Positions 46,777 through 55,941 of a DNA stretch of 64,000 bases are shown here, piece by piece. This stretch comes from Enterobacteria phage vB_EcoM_IME341. The position numbers were made by a program, and so were the translations under genes. Position 1 is the first letter of the stretch. Every line of letters starts with the position of its first letter. The DNA is taken from the sequence record MH051917, one strand, 5' to 3'. Under the pieces are notes generated by a model that was not told the origin of the DNA, made no database searches, and saw only the letters and a program-made list of their open reading frames with translations.

Positions 46777-47736
46777 ATGCTTACAGTAAATAATAATGAA
46801 TTCATGTGGGAACAGAAATATCGTCCGGGTACTTTATCTGAATGTATTCTGCCTGCACATGATAAAGAAACTCTCCAAGCCATTGTTAATAAGGGCCTAA
46901 TCCCTAACATTATCCTAGTCTCTGCTTCACCAGGCACAGGCAAAACTACCGTAGCTAAAGCATTGTGTGCTGATACAAATTCAGATATGCTGTTTGTTAA
47001 CGGTTCTGACTGTCGTATTGATTTCGTTCGTAATGAACTTACTCGTTTTGCATCTTCCAAATCTATCGAAGGTAAGCGTAAGGTAATTGTTATCGACGAA
47101 TTCGACCGTGCTGGTGTTGCTGAAGCTCAACGTCACCTTCGTTCGTTCTTAGAAGCCTATTCCTCAAACTGTTCTGTAATTATTACAGCAAACAATATTG
47201 ATGGTATTATTGGCCCACTTCAATCCCGTTGTCGCGTTATTAAATTTGGTGAAGCCACTCCGGCTGACCAAACATCCATGATGAAAGAAATGATTCATCG
47301 TGCTGTAGCAATCTGTAAAAACGAAAATATCGAAGTCGAAGACCTTAAAGTTATTGCTGCTTTAGTTAAGCAAAACTTTCCTGACTTCCGAAAAACAGTT
47401 AACCAACTAGACCGTTACTCATCCAGTGGTAAAATCGATACAGGCATTTTGAGTATTGTAATGAATACCAATTCGCCTATAGATGAAGTAGTGGCTGCAC
47501 TGAAAGATAAAAACTTTAAAGAACTCCGTGCATTAGCTCCACGCCACGTCAATGACTATTCCAACTTTATTATGACACTGGCTAACGAACTCTATGGTAA
47601 ATTGCCTGGGCCAAGCATTGTTAGAATGTACGAAATTGTCGGTGAAAATAACCAATACCACGGTATTGCGGCTAACCCAGAAATTCACATGACTTATCTG
47701 TTCATCCAACTTGCTCTGGAGCTCCAATGGCTATAA
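46777..47736 (+). CDS. 44: gp44 clamp loader large subunit
   Basis: AAA+ Walker A SPGTGKTT, Walker B VIVIDEFD. Confidence 0.9.
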   Translation: MLTVNNNEFMWEQKYRPGTLSECILPAHDKETLQAIVNKGLIPNIILVSASPGTGKTTVAKALCADTNSDMLFVNGSDCRIDFVRNELTRFASSKSIEGKRKVIVIDEFDRAGVAEAQRHLRSFLEAYSSNCSVIITANNIDGIIGPLQSRCRVIKFGEATPADQTSMMKEMIHRAVAICKNENIEVEDLKVIAALVKQNFPDFRKTVNQLDRYSSSGKIDTGILSIVMNTNSPIDEVVAALKDKNFKELRALAPRHVNDYSNFIMTLANELYGKLPGPSIVRMYEIVGENNQYHGIAANPEIHMTYLFIQLALELQWL

Positions 47737-48299
47737 GTCTTTTTGATGATGACGTTGAACTGAACGAACATGAAGTTGCTTGGAAACAACGTAACGATGC
47801 TGCTATTCAAGCCTTGGCCGATTCATTTAAAGAAAAGGCTGAAAACGAACTGTTCGCTATTATGAACGATATCACATATGGTAAGAACCAACGTAACCTA
47901 GCTCAATCGGAAAACTATAATCAATTTTGGCTCGATAATAGTTTGAGCCAACATGTGGATTGCATTATGCAAGCTGCAATGGTTAACTGTTTGAAACTTG
48001 ATGACCAAAGTCATTTTAACTATCTTTTACACGCCGTTCCTAAGGGTAAGAGATTTGGTAAATGGGCTAAGGCCCATGATGATGAAGTTAGTGTAGTTTT
48101 TATTACTCGTTTATTGATGAAATACCATTCAATTAATAATGATGACGCTTATCGTTATCTCGAGACTTATAAAATTAAAGGCCATCTTCCGGCAGTGCTT
48201 AAGAAGATGAAAGGGTTGGTTACGGACGAATTCCTGAAATCCGTAACTAAAAATGTTAAAGAACAAAAAGACTTGAAAAAGAAAGCATTGGAATGGTAA
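47727..48299 (+). CDS. 62: gp62 clamp loader small subunit
   Basis: 190 aa immediately after gp44. Confidence 0.8.
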   Translation: MAISLFDDDVELNEHEVAWKQRNDAAIQALADSFKEKAENELFAIMNDITYGKNQRNLAQSENYNQFWLDNSLSQHVDCIMQAAMVNCLKLDDQSHFNYLLHAVPKGKRFGKWAKAHDDEVSVVFITRLLMKYHSINNDDAYRYLETYKIKGHLPAVLKKMKGLVTDEFLKSVTKNVKEQKDLKKKALEW

Positions 48300-48305
48300 A
48301 TTAAA

Positions 48306-48668
48306 ATGATTGAAATTACTCTGAAACAACCTGAAGACTTCTTGAAAGTGAAAGAGACCCTAACTCGTATGGGTATTGCTAATAATAAAGAAAAGAAACT
48401 ATATCAATCCTGCCACATTCTGCAAAAGCAAGGGCTATATTATATCGTCCACTTTAAAGAGATGTTGCGTATGGATGGCCGCCAAGTTGATATTGATGGT
48501 GAAGACTACCAACGTCGGGATTCTATTGCCCAGCTTCTTAAGGAGTGGGGACTGATTGATATTGTAGATGAATCTGAACTGTTTGAAATCACCAATAACT
48601 TCCGTGTCATTTCCTTTAAGCAGAAAAATGACTGGGAACTATTGTCCAAATACACAATCGGTAATTAA
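48306..48668 (+). CDS. regA: RegA translational repressor
   Basis: MIEITLKQPEDFLKVKETLTRMGIANNKEK...; highly similar to T4 RegA. Confidence 0.9.
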   Translation: MIEITLKQPEDFLKVKETLTRMGIANNKEKKLYQSCHILQKQGLYYIVHFKEMLRMDGRQVDIDGEDYQRRDSIAQLLKEWGLIDIVDESELFEITNNFRVISFKQKNDWELLSKYTIGN

Positions 48669-48669
48669 T

Positions 48670-48885
48670 ATGATTCATGAAATTGAAACGTGTGAACGAC
48701 TTAAAGAGGTGTACGGGCTTTCCACAACTCAAACTGTTTTTGACCTTTCCGAAGAGCTCCAAATAGAATTTCAAAAGGACCTCCAAAAGTTACTACATCC
48801 TGGCCAGCAAGTCTTCCAGGCTATGATTAAAACTAAAGACGAAGATGGTAATTCAACTATTAAACGTCAGACAATAGAAATTTAA
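48670..48885 (+). CDS. hypothetical protein
   Basis: 71 aa between regA and gene 43. Confidence 0.45.
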   Translation: MIHEIETCERLKEVYGLSTTQTVFDLSEELQIEFQKDLQKLLHPGQQVFQAMIKTKDEDGNSTIKRQTIEI

Positions 48886-48888
48886 GCA

Positions 48889-48908
48889 AAGGGACTTCGG
48901 TCCCTTTT
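48889..48908 (+). terminator. stem-loop / terminator followed by TTGGAGTATAATG
   Basis: aagggac-ttcg-gtccctt + TTTT. Confidence 0.45.
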
Positions 48909-48966
48909 GGAGTATAATGATTCATCAACAAACAAAAGACAATCACTCGTCTATAAAGGAAATGAA

Positions 48967-51678
48967 ATGCAAGAATTCTATTTGACAGTCGAACAAATCG
49001 GTGATAATATTCTCGAACGTTACATCGATAAAAATGGTAACGAACGTAGTCGTGAAGTTCCTTACAAGCCCACAATGTTTATGCATGCCAATCCAGAGCA
49101 AGCCGTAAAATACATTGATATCTATGGTAAGGGTTGTGTTAAGAAAGAATTCGACTCTATGCGCGATGCATCCCAATGGATGAAACGTATGGACGATATG
49201 GGTCTCGAAGCCCTGGGTATGGACGACTATAAATTAGCCTATTTGTCTGATACCTATCGTAAAGAAATCAGGTATGATTCTTCTAAGATTCGTATTGCTA
49301 ACTTCGACATCGAGGTAACATCTCCTGATGGATTCCCTGAACCAGCTCAGGCTAAACATCCTATCGATGCCATTACCCACTACGACTCGATTGACGATAA
49401 ATTCTATGTATTCGACCTTTTAGTTTCGCCTTATGGTACCGTCGAAGAGTGGTCGATTAAAATCGCTGAGAAACTCCAAGAAGAAGGTGGTGACGAAGTT
49501 CCACAAGAAATCATTGACAAAATCGTTTATCTTCCGTTTAATTCCGAAGAAGAAATGATGCTTGAGTATCTGAATTTCTGGCAACAGAAAACTCCTGTGA
49601 TTTTGACTGGATGGAACGTTGAGTCGTTTGACGTACCATACGTTTATAACCGTCTGAAAAATCTGTTTGGTGAGAACACTGCTAAGCGATTAAGCCCGCA
49701 TCGTAAGACTCGTGTTAAAGTTATCGAGAACATGTACGGTGCTCGTGAAATTATTACATTGTTCGGTATCTCTGTTCTAGATTATATCGACCTGTATAAA
49801 AAATTCAGCTTTACCAACCAGCCTTCTTATTCTCTGGATTATGTTTCTGAATATGAATTGAAAGTAGGTAAGTTGAAATATGATGGTCCAATCTCCAAGT
49901 TACGTGAGACTAACCACCAACGATATATTTCCTATAACATTATCGACGTATATCGTGTAGTGCAGATTGATATGAAACGCCAGTTCATTCTTTTGAGTTT
50001 GGACATGGGTTATTATGCTAAGATGCAGATTCAGTCGGTGTTCAGTCCAATTAAGACTTGGGATGCTATTATCTTTAATAGCCTTAAAGAACAAGGCAAG
50101 GTCATTCCGCAGGGTCGTTCACACGTGGTCCAACCTTATCCTGGTGCTTTCGTTAAGGAACCTATTCCTAACGCTTACAAATATGTAATGAGTTTCGACC
50201 TTACATCTCTGTACCCGAGTATCATTCGACAAGTGAATATAAGCCCAGAGACCATCGCAGGGACATTCGCTAACGCACCTATACATGAATATATTGCCGG
50301 AACAGCTCCGCGTCCTAGCGACACCTACAGTTGCTCTCCTAACGGCATGATGTACTATAAAGACCGTGAAGGTGTGATTCCGACAGAAATCACTAAGGTG
50401 TTCTTACAACGTAAAGAACATAAAGGTTATATGCTTGCAGCCCAACGTAATGGTGAGTTAATTAAAGAAGCATTAGAAAATCCTAATCTCTCGGTTGATA
50501 GTCCACTGGATATCGATTATCGTTTTGACTTCTCTGACGAAATCAAAGCCCAGATTAAAGCACTGTCAGCGCCTTCTTTAAGAGAAATGTTGAAGAAAGC
50601 CGAGCTCACTGAAGTTGCAGGTAATACGGCTCAGATTAACCGTAAGTTGCTTATCAACTCCCTTTATGGTGCACTTGGTAACGTATGGTTCCGTTACTAC
50701 GACCTCAGGAACGCAACTGCAATCACACTGTTTGGTCAAATGGCCCTCCAATGGATTGAACGTAAGGTTAACGAATATCTGAATAGCGTGTGTAAGACTG
50801 AAAACCAGAAGTTCGTGCTCTATGGTGATACTGACTCCATTTATGTTAAGGCAGATGCAATCATCAATAAAGTAGGTGAAGATAAATTCCGTGACACTAA
50901 CCACTGGGTCGACTTCTTAGATAAATTTGCACGTGAACGTATGGAACCGGCTATTGATGCAGGCTTCCGTGAGATGTGCGAGTACATGAACAACAAACAA
51001 CACTTGATGTTCATGGACCGAGAAGCTATCGCAGGTCCTCCACTTGGTTCTAAAGGTCTTGGTGGATTCTGGACAGGCAAGAAACGTTATGCACTGAACG
51101 TTTGGGACATGGAAGGTACTCGTTATGCCGAACCACACTTGAAAATCATGGGCCTTGAAACTCAGAAATCAAGTACGCCTAAAGCGGTTCAGAAAGCTCT
51201 GAAAGAATGTATCCGTCGTATGCTTCAGGAAGGCGAGGCCTCTTTGCAAGAATATTTCAAACAGTTTAATAAGGAATTTAACGAACTAAACTATGTAAGC
51301 ATTGCAGCAGTATCCAGTGCTAACAACATTGAGAAATATAACGAAGGCGGATTCCCTGGTTCTAAATGCCCGTACCATATCAAAGGTTGCTTAGCTTACA
51401 TGCGTGCTTCTGCAGGTGATTTGACTATGCCTCGTATCGTTGATGGTGAAAAGGTATATGTACTGCCACTTAAAGAAGGCAACCCGTTTGGTGAAGCCTG
51501 TATGGCATGGCCGTCAGGTATTGAACTTCCAGTTCAGATTCGTGACCAAGTCCTCCGTTGGATGGACTACAACGTACTGTTCCAAAAGACCTTTATCAAG
51601 CCTCTGACTGGTTTTACTGAGTCCGCTAAAATCGACTACGAGAAAAAAGCAACATTATTTGATATGTTCGACTTTTAA
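48967..51678 (+). CDS. 43: gp43 DNA polymerase (family B)
   Basis: 903 aa; MQEFYLTVEQIGDNILERYID..., exo and pol motifs (FDIE, YGDTDS); ORF-track start 48907 is upstream. Confidence 0.95.
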   Translation: MQEFYLTVEQIGDNILERYIDKNGNERSREVPYKPTMFMHANPEQAVKYIDIYGKGCVKKEFDSMRDASQWMKRMDDMGLEALGMDDYKLAYLSDTYRKEIRYDSSKIRIANFDIEVTSPDGFPEPAQAKHPIDAITHYDSIDDKFYVFDLLVSPYGTVEEWSIKIAEKLQEEGGDEVPQEIIDKIVYLPFNSEEEMMLEYLNFWQQKTPVILTGWNVESFDVPYVYNRLKNLFGENTAKRLSPHRKTRVKVIENMYGAREIITLFGISVLDYIDLYKKFSFTNQPSYSLDYVSEYELKVGKLKYDGPISKLRETNHQRYISYNIIDVYRVVQIDMKRQFILLSLDMGYYAKMQIQSVFSPIKTWDAIIFNSLKEQGKVIPQGRSHVVQPYPGAFVKEPIPNAYKYVMSFDLTSLYPSIIRQVNISPETIAGTFANAPIHEYIAGTAPRPSDTYSCSPNGMMYYKDREGVIPTEITKVFLQRKEHKGYMLAAQRNGELIKEALENPNLSVDSPLDIDYRFDFSDEIKAQIKALSAPSLREMLKKAELTEVAGNTAQINRKLLINSLYGALGNVWFRYYDLRNATAITLFGQMALQWIERKVNEYLNSVCKTENQKFVLYGDTDSIYVKADAIINKVGEDKFRDTNHWVDFLDKFARERMEPAIDAGFREMCEYMNNKQHLMFMDREAIAGPPLGSKGLGGFWTGKKRYALNVWDMEGTRYAEPHLKIMGLETQKSSTPKAVQKALKECIRRMLQEGEASLQEYFKQFNKEFNELNYVSIAAVSSANNIEKYNEGGFPGSKCPYHIKGCLAYMRASAGDLTMPRIVDGEKVYVLPLKEGNPFGEACMAWPSGIELPVQIRDQVLRWMDYNVLFQKTFIKPLTGFTESAKIDYEKKATLFDMFDF

Positions 51679-51680
51679 GT

Positions 51681-51710
51681 GTTTACATACCACAAGGAAC
51701 GTGGTAGTAT
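51681..51710 (+). promoter_or_regulatory. early promoter (GTTTAC / TAGTAT) with inverted repeat
   Basis: gtttacataccacaaggaacgtggtagtat. Confidence 0.5.
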
Positions 51711-51741
51711 CCTTCCTATCAACTACTTAGAGGAAATTACA

Positions 51742-51978
51742 ATGGAAGCTTTAATCGTTAGTGCTGGTGTTTTAGGATTTGGTTCTCTGGTTATTATGTT
51801 CATCGGTTACTTTTTACCATGGATTTTAGCTCTTCTGCGAGGCACTCGTAGTAATGTAGGAATTTTCTTCCTTAATCTCCTGTTGGGTTGGACGATGATT
51901 GGTTGGGTAGTGGCTTTAATCTGGGCTATCGTCGCTGAACGTAAATCAAACGCACAAATCATTATCGTTAAGCAATGA
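51742..51978 (+). CDS. superinfection immunity (Imm)-like membrane protein
   Basis: 78 aa, two TM helices; directly after gene 43 where T4 has imm. Confidence 0.55.
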   Translation: MEALIVSAGVLGFGSLVIMFIGYFLPWILALLRGTRSNVGIFFLNLLLGWTMIGWVVALIWAIVAERKSNAQIIIVKQ

Positions 51979-52112
51979 AAATAATTATTTTATTTCTTAT
52001 AATGGCTGCCTTTACCGTTTATTGGGCAGTGGCAATTCCGCCAATGATTCCGACACTAATCATCGGATGGATTATTCTTATAGCACAAATTAAGTATAAC
52101 TGTTTTAATTGA
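51975..52112 (+). CDS. possible 45-aa membrane peptide
   Basis: MKIIILFLIMAAFTVYWAVAIPPMIP... Confidence 0.35.
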   Translation: MKIIILFLIMAAFTVYWAVAIPPMIPTLIIGWIILIAQIKYNCFN

Positions 52113-52119
52113 GGATATT

Positions 52120-52620
52120 ATGAAAAAGTTAATTATCGCAATGAGTATACTCCTATCAGGTTGCGCGGCCCAATATGGTGATGCAGTTTCAGCCGATGAA
52201 GTTGGTAAAGCTCGTATCGCAGCTGAACAGAAACAATTCGATGGCGAAATGAAATTCCGTGCAGGTTCTGGACTTGTGTATACCCGAGCTAATAATCAAT
52301 GCGGTAATAACTGTGCAAAATATGCTCAAAGGGAAATCGAATTCCAACGTGAACAAGAGTCTAAGCGTGAAGCGGTACTAGCCAAACACCAGGCAGAAAT
52401 GAAGCGCCAAGATGATTTGTACAAAAAGCAGAAACTGTATGCGATGTGCGTAAACCATATCAATCTACAGATTTCTATCCATGAGGCTCGTTATTACGAA
52501 ATGCTCGAAACCGAGAGCTTCGATAAAGCCCGTGATTATAAGAAACAAATCAATAAGCTCAAGACCAAAGTACCGGCGGCAATAGAACAGTGTATTGAAA
52601 TCGGTAAAGATAAGATTTAA
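52120..52620 (+). CDS. predicted lipoprotein
   Basis: Signal peptide with lipobox LLSGC; coiled-coil rest. Confidence 0.55.
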   Translation: MKKLIIAMSILLSGCAAQYGDAVSADEVGKARIAAEQKQFDGEMKFRAGSGLVYTRANNQCGNNCAKYAQREIEFQREQESKREAVLAKHQAEMKRQDDLYKKQKLYAMCVNHINLQISIHEARYYEMLETESFDKARDYKKQINKLKTKVPAAIEQCIEIGKDKI

Positions 52621-52680
52621 GCAATACCAATTTATTAAAAATAGTGTATAATGTACCTACATTCACTTGAGGAACAGATA

Positions 52681-54354
52681 ATGAAAAAGGTTGTTATTTT
52701 AGGCGCAGGTCTTGGCTCACGGTTGTATCCAATTACTAACGAAATCCCGAAGGTATTGGTTAACTACAAACAACATACTGTATTAAAACATTTGTATGAT
52801 TTGTATAGTAACCAATCGGATGAAATTATTCTGGTTATTCACAGCAAATTTAACGACCTCGTTAAAGGCTATATTAAATCCATTAACATGATTAATAGTG
52901 ATAAGCCTAAATTCACTATTCGTAACGTAGATGTGGCTAATGGTTCAGCTCATGCTATTGATTGCATTGCCGAAGATATCATCGGGCACAATGTCTTGTT
53001 TAACTGGTGTGATATTATTCCTGAAGGTTATAAAGTTGAGTGGGATAACGACTATTGCTATACCTACGGGACTGACTGTCGTTTTACATTTGAAGAACCG
53101 TACTTGCGTGAAATTGGTACCGGTGGTGGCGTAGTTGGCTTGTATCAGGTGGCTAATTGGACAGGTTTTAACGGTCTGTATTATGGCGAAGACCTGGCCG
53201 ACAACCTGGATTCAATGGTCCATTTGACCGAACGTAAGCTAGACTTTGTAGTTGATGTCGGTGACAAACTGAAACTGGCTAAGGCCCATGAAGAATCTGA
53301 AATTAACCGTGAATTTAATAAATTAGAGTTCACTGAGAATCTGGCTATTAAAGTACCTACCAACGAATTAGGTAAAGAAATCCAATCTAAAGAAATCAAT
53401 TGGTATAATTCTATTGATTCTGAATTTGTTCCGAGCATTGTAGACTTTGCTCCAGGTGAATTCATTAAAATGGAACGTATCTTTGGTCGTACTATGGCAG
53501 ATGCCTATCGGTTTATGTCTAAAGAAACTAAAGTCCTCATGGTTTATAAGGTCATTAGTGCATTACGTTCATTCGGTGGAACTATCGATAATCCATCCGA
53601 TGAGCAATGGTATTCCGATGTTAAGAAAGAAGTATTGGACAAGGTCCTTATTCGTAATGCTTCTATTGCCGGATTGATTGAAGGCTTTGCTCCACAGGGC
53701 ATTACCCATGTCAATGACTTTAAGGTAGGCGACCCTGAAAAACTTCTTCGCCATGCACTAGAAATTCTGTCTGAACATAAAGAACCGTACCAACTTATTC
53801 ATGGCGACCCGCACTACAGTAATATTATGTTGTCGGACGAAGGTGATATTAAAATCATCGACCCACGTGGTTATTTTGGTAATAGTTCTAAAGGCCCTGC
53901 GATTTATGACGAAGCTAAAGTGCTTTATTCTATCGATGGTTATGACAAATTTAACTCTGACCCTCTATGGGGCGGCTTAACTCGTAACGGAACTCGTGTA
54001 TTCGTTGATATTGAAAAGGTTATGCCTTTAGACGATATTCCGATGTGTACATTTAAGCACAAGCTCTGGATTGCTGTTATCTGGATGGCATTGGCAGGTT
54101 ACTTTAAAAATAACCCTCTGAAAGCTCTGGGTGCTTATTACAACGGGTTGTACCAACTGAGTGTGCTGCTTAAGCGGCATCCTCGTAAGCGTAAGCTTAT
54201 CACAGGTGAATTTGTCGATGAAGTTCGTGACCCTATCACGGCTCAAATTATCACTCGTTGTCCTGATAAGTGGGTTTTGCTTGACCAAGAAACTGGTGTA
54301 AAATATAAACCTACAGGTTCTACTGAACTCCACAAACAATGGAAGAAAATTTAA
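52681..54354 (+). CDS. bifunctional sugar-1-phosphate nucleotidyltransferase / APH-fold kinase
   Basis: N-terminal NTP-transferase motif ILGAGLGSRLYP; C-terminal kinase motifs LIHGDPHYSNIML and IDPRGYFG (Brenner / DFG-like); 557 aa. Confidence 0.65.
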   Translation: MKKVVILGAGLGSRLYPITNEIPKVLVNYKQHTVLKHLYDLYSNQSDEIILVIHSKFNDLVKGYIKSINMINSDKPKFTIRNVDVANGSAHAIDCIAEDIIGHNVLFNWCDIIPEGYKVEWDNDYCYTYGTDCRFTFEEPYLREIGTGGGVVGLYQVANWTGFNGLYYGEDLADNLDSMVHLTERKLDFVVDVGDKLKLAKAHEESEINREFNKLEFTENLAIKVPTNELGKEIQSKEINWYNSIDSEFVPSIVDFAPGEFIKMERIFGRTMADAYRFMSKETKVLMVYKVISALRSFGGTIDNPSDEQWYSDVKKEVLDKVLIRNASIAGLIEGFAPQGITHVNDFKVGDPEKLLRHALEILSEHKEPYQLIHGDPHYSNIMLSDEGDIKIIDPRGYFGNSSKGPAIYDEAKVLYSIDGYDKFNSDPLWGGLTRNGTRVFVDIEKVMPLDDIPMCTFKHKLWIAVIWMALAGYFKNNPLKALGAYYNGLYQLSVLLKRHPRKRKLITGEFVDEVRDPITAQIITRCPDKWVLLDQETGVKYKPTGSTELHKQWKKI

Positions 54355-54713
54355 TGCATCTGTGTTTTGATATCGATAACACAATCACGGTTTGGAACCA
54401 CGACCGTGATTATGAAAACTTTAAACCGGACACCGAAATGGTGTCCATGATTAATAAGCTTTATGACGAAGGTTATGAGATTACACTGTTCACTGCTCGT
54501 GGCATGACTTCATGTGGACCCGGTCGAATCTTGGTTGAAGTAGTTCCTGCATTGGTTAAGAACCTTGAAAAGATTGGATTGAAATATCATAATCTGCTTA
54601 CACACAAGCCGAGTTATACTTTTATCATCGATGACCGAGCAATCCGTCCTGACCACTTTAAAGAAATGGTTCGTGAAGGAACTCTTGAAACCTATAAGGC
54701 ATATCATCCGTGA
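54354..54713 (+). CDS. HAD-superfamily phosphatase
   Basis: Motif I FDIDNTIT (DxDxT), motif II TLFTARG, motif III K...IIDD; 119 aa. Confidence 0.65.
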   Translation: MHLCFDIDNTITVWNHDRDYENFKPDTEMVSMINKLYDEGYEITLFTARGMTSCGPGRILVEVVPALVKNLEKIGLKYHNLLTHKPSYTFIIDDRAIRPDHFKEMVREGTLETYKAYHP

Positions 54714-55246
54714 AACCAAAAATCATTGTTATCGACGGCCCGGATAATTCCGGGAAGTCTACTTTAATTGAATCACTTTTATCTGATAAGAAATATCGTC
54801 TTATTGATTTTCCTAAAAAGATTAATGGCAAATGCATTTCATTAGGGACTGATAATGACAAGGCTTTAGTCGAGACGTTGTATAAGTTTTTAGACCCTAA
54901 TTTCGTTTACATCCTCGACCGTGGTTATCCAAGTAATATAGTTTACTCAGGATTCCTTCGTGGTGAAATGGACCCTTATGTGGAACTAGCAGATTGGATT
55001 GATTTCAAAAAAGAATTCAATATCATTGAGATTATTTTAACCCGTAATCCGTTGGATAAAGACTTTGAAGATGACCTCATTAAACTGACTAAAGATGAGT
55101 TCAACTTAACTATTCAGAAATATGAAGACTGTTTTAAAAATGTTTTTAAAGTTTTAAACCATGACGGACATAATAACTTGCTTAACGTCGATATGGTAGA
55201 ATTAAAACGTCTGAATGAATATATTGAAAATAAGGTGAATAAATGA
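54710..55246 (+). CDS. P-loop nucleoside/nucleotide kinase-like protein
   Basis: Walker A IDGPDNSGKST in a 178-aa protein (dNK/TMK-like size). Confidence 0.55.
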   Translation: MKPKIIVIDGPDNSGKSTLIESLLSDKKYRLIDFPKKINGKCISLGTDNDKALVETLYKFLDPNFVYILDRGYPSNIVYSGFLRGEMDPYVELADWIDFKKEFNIIEIILTRNPLDKDFEDDLIKLTKDEFNLTIQKYEDCFKNVFKVLNHDGHNNLLNVDMVELKRLNEYIENKVNK

Positions 55247-55941
55247 AACACATTACCGCTGTTAGTTTTGAAAACGCGTTTAAGCAAATGAACGAAGAAA
55301 TCCTGGAAGCTCCACAGTTTGCAGTTGATTCTCGTATCGGCCGTTGTTATGAAATTGGTTCTGCTTCGGTAGAAGTACTGGATGCAAGCACTTACAAATT
55401 CACCGATCCCCGCATTAATCGTATCAACTATGATTATGCCGAATCTTTCTGGAAATTTATGATTTCTGGTGGTACTGATGCCGCCGAAGCATTTAAGGAA
55501 TATCCTAATGTTGCTAAGTTCATTGATAAGCCGAAAAGTGACGTATTGCCTGCAAACTTCAACACTTTCTATGGACCTCGAATTGTGGCCCAACTCCCAG
55601 CCCTACTTAAAGAGCTTAAAGAAAAGCCTAACTCGCGAAGAGTTGTGTTCCAGATTCTCCAAGAACAAGACCAAGCCCTCCTTGATTCTGACGAATCCTT
55701 AGAATATCCGTGTACCGATTCGGTAACATATTATATTCGTGATGGACGTCTGTATGCACACACTCATATGCGTTCACAGAACTGTGCTATCGTTATGCAG
55801 CTGGATTTCTATCTGCAGGGTAAACTGATGGCCTTTATTGCTGAACAGTGTGGTGTTGGTCTGGGTACGTATTCCCATACTATGGTTAGTGCACATGTAT
55901 TTGAACGTGATTTTGACTACGTTCGAGGATTCCTGAAATGA
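55243..55941 (+). CDS. thymidylate-synthase-superfamily pyrimidine hydroxymethylase (divergent gp42-like)
   Basis: Recalled TS/dCH motifs: NSRR, catalytic PC (EYPCTDSVTYYIRDG), HMRSQN, Asp at specificity position, HVFERDF. Confidence 0.6.
   Translation: MKHITAVSFENAFKQMNEEILEAPQFAVDSRIGRCYEIGSASVEVLDASTYKFTDPRINRINYDYAESFWKFMISGGTDAAEAFKEYPNVAKFIDKPKSDVLPANFNTFYGPRIVAQLPALLKELKEKPNSRRVVFQILQEQDQALLDSDESLEYPCTDSVTYYIRDGRLYAHTHMRSQNCAIVMQLDFYLQGKLMAFIAEQCGVGLGTYSHTMVSAHVFERDFDYVRGFLK

Noticed and set aside
49900-51138. Minus-strand ORFs inside gene 43
   Set aside because: Antisense to the DNA polymerase CDS.
53181-55593. Minus-strand and alternative-frame ORFs across the enzyme cluster (53181-53465, 54028-54384, 55114-55593)
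   Set aside because: Overlap motif-bearing plus-strand CDSs; no independent support.
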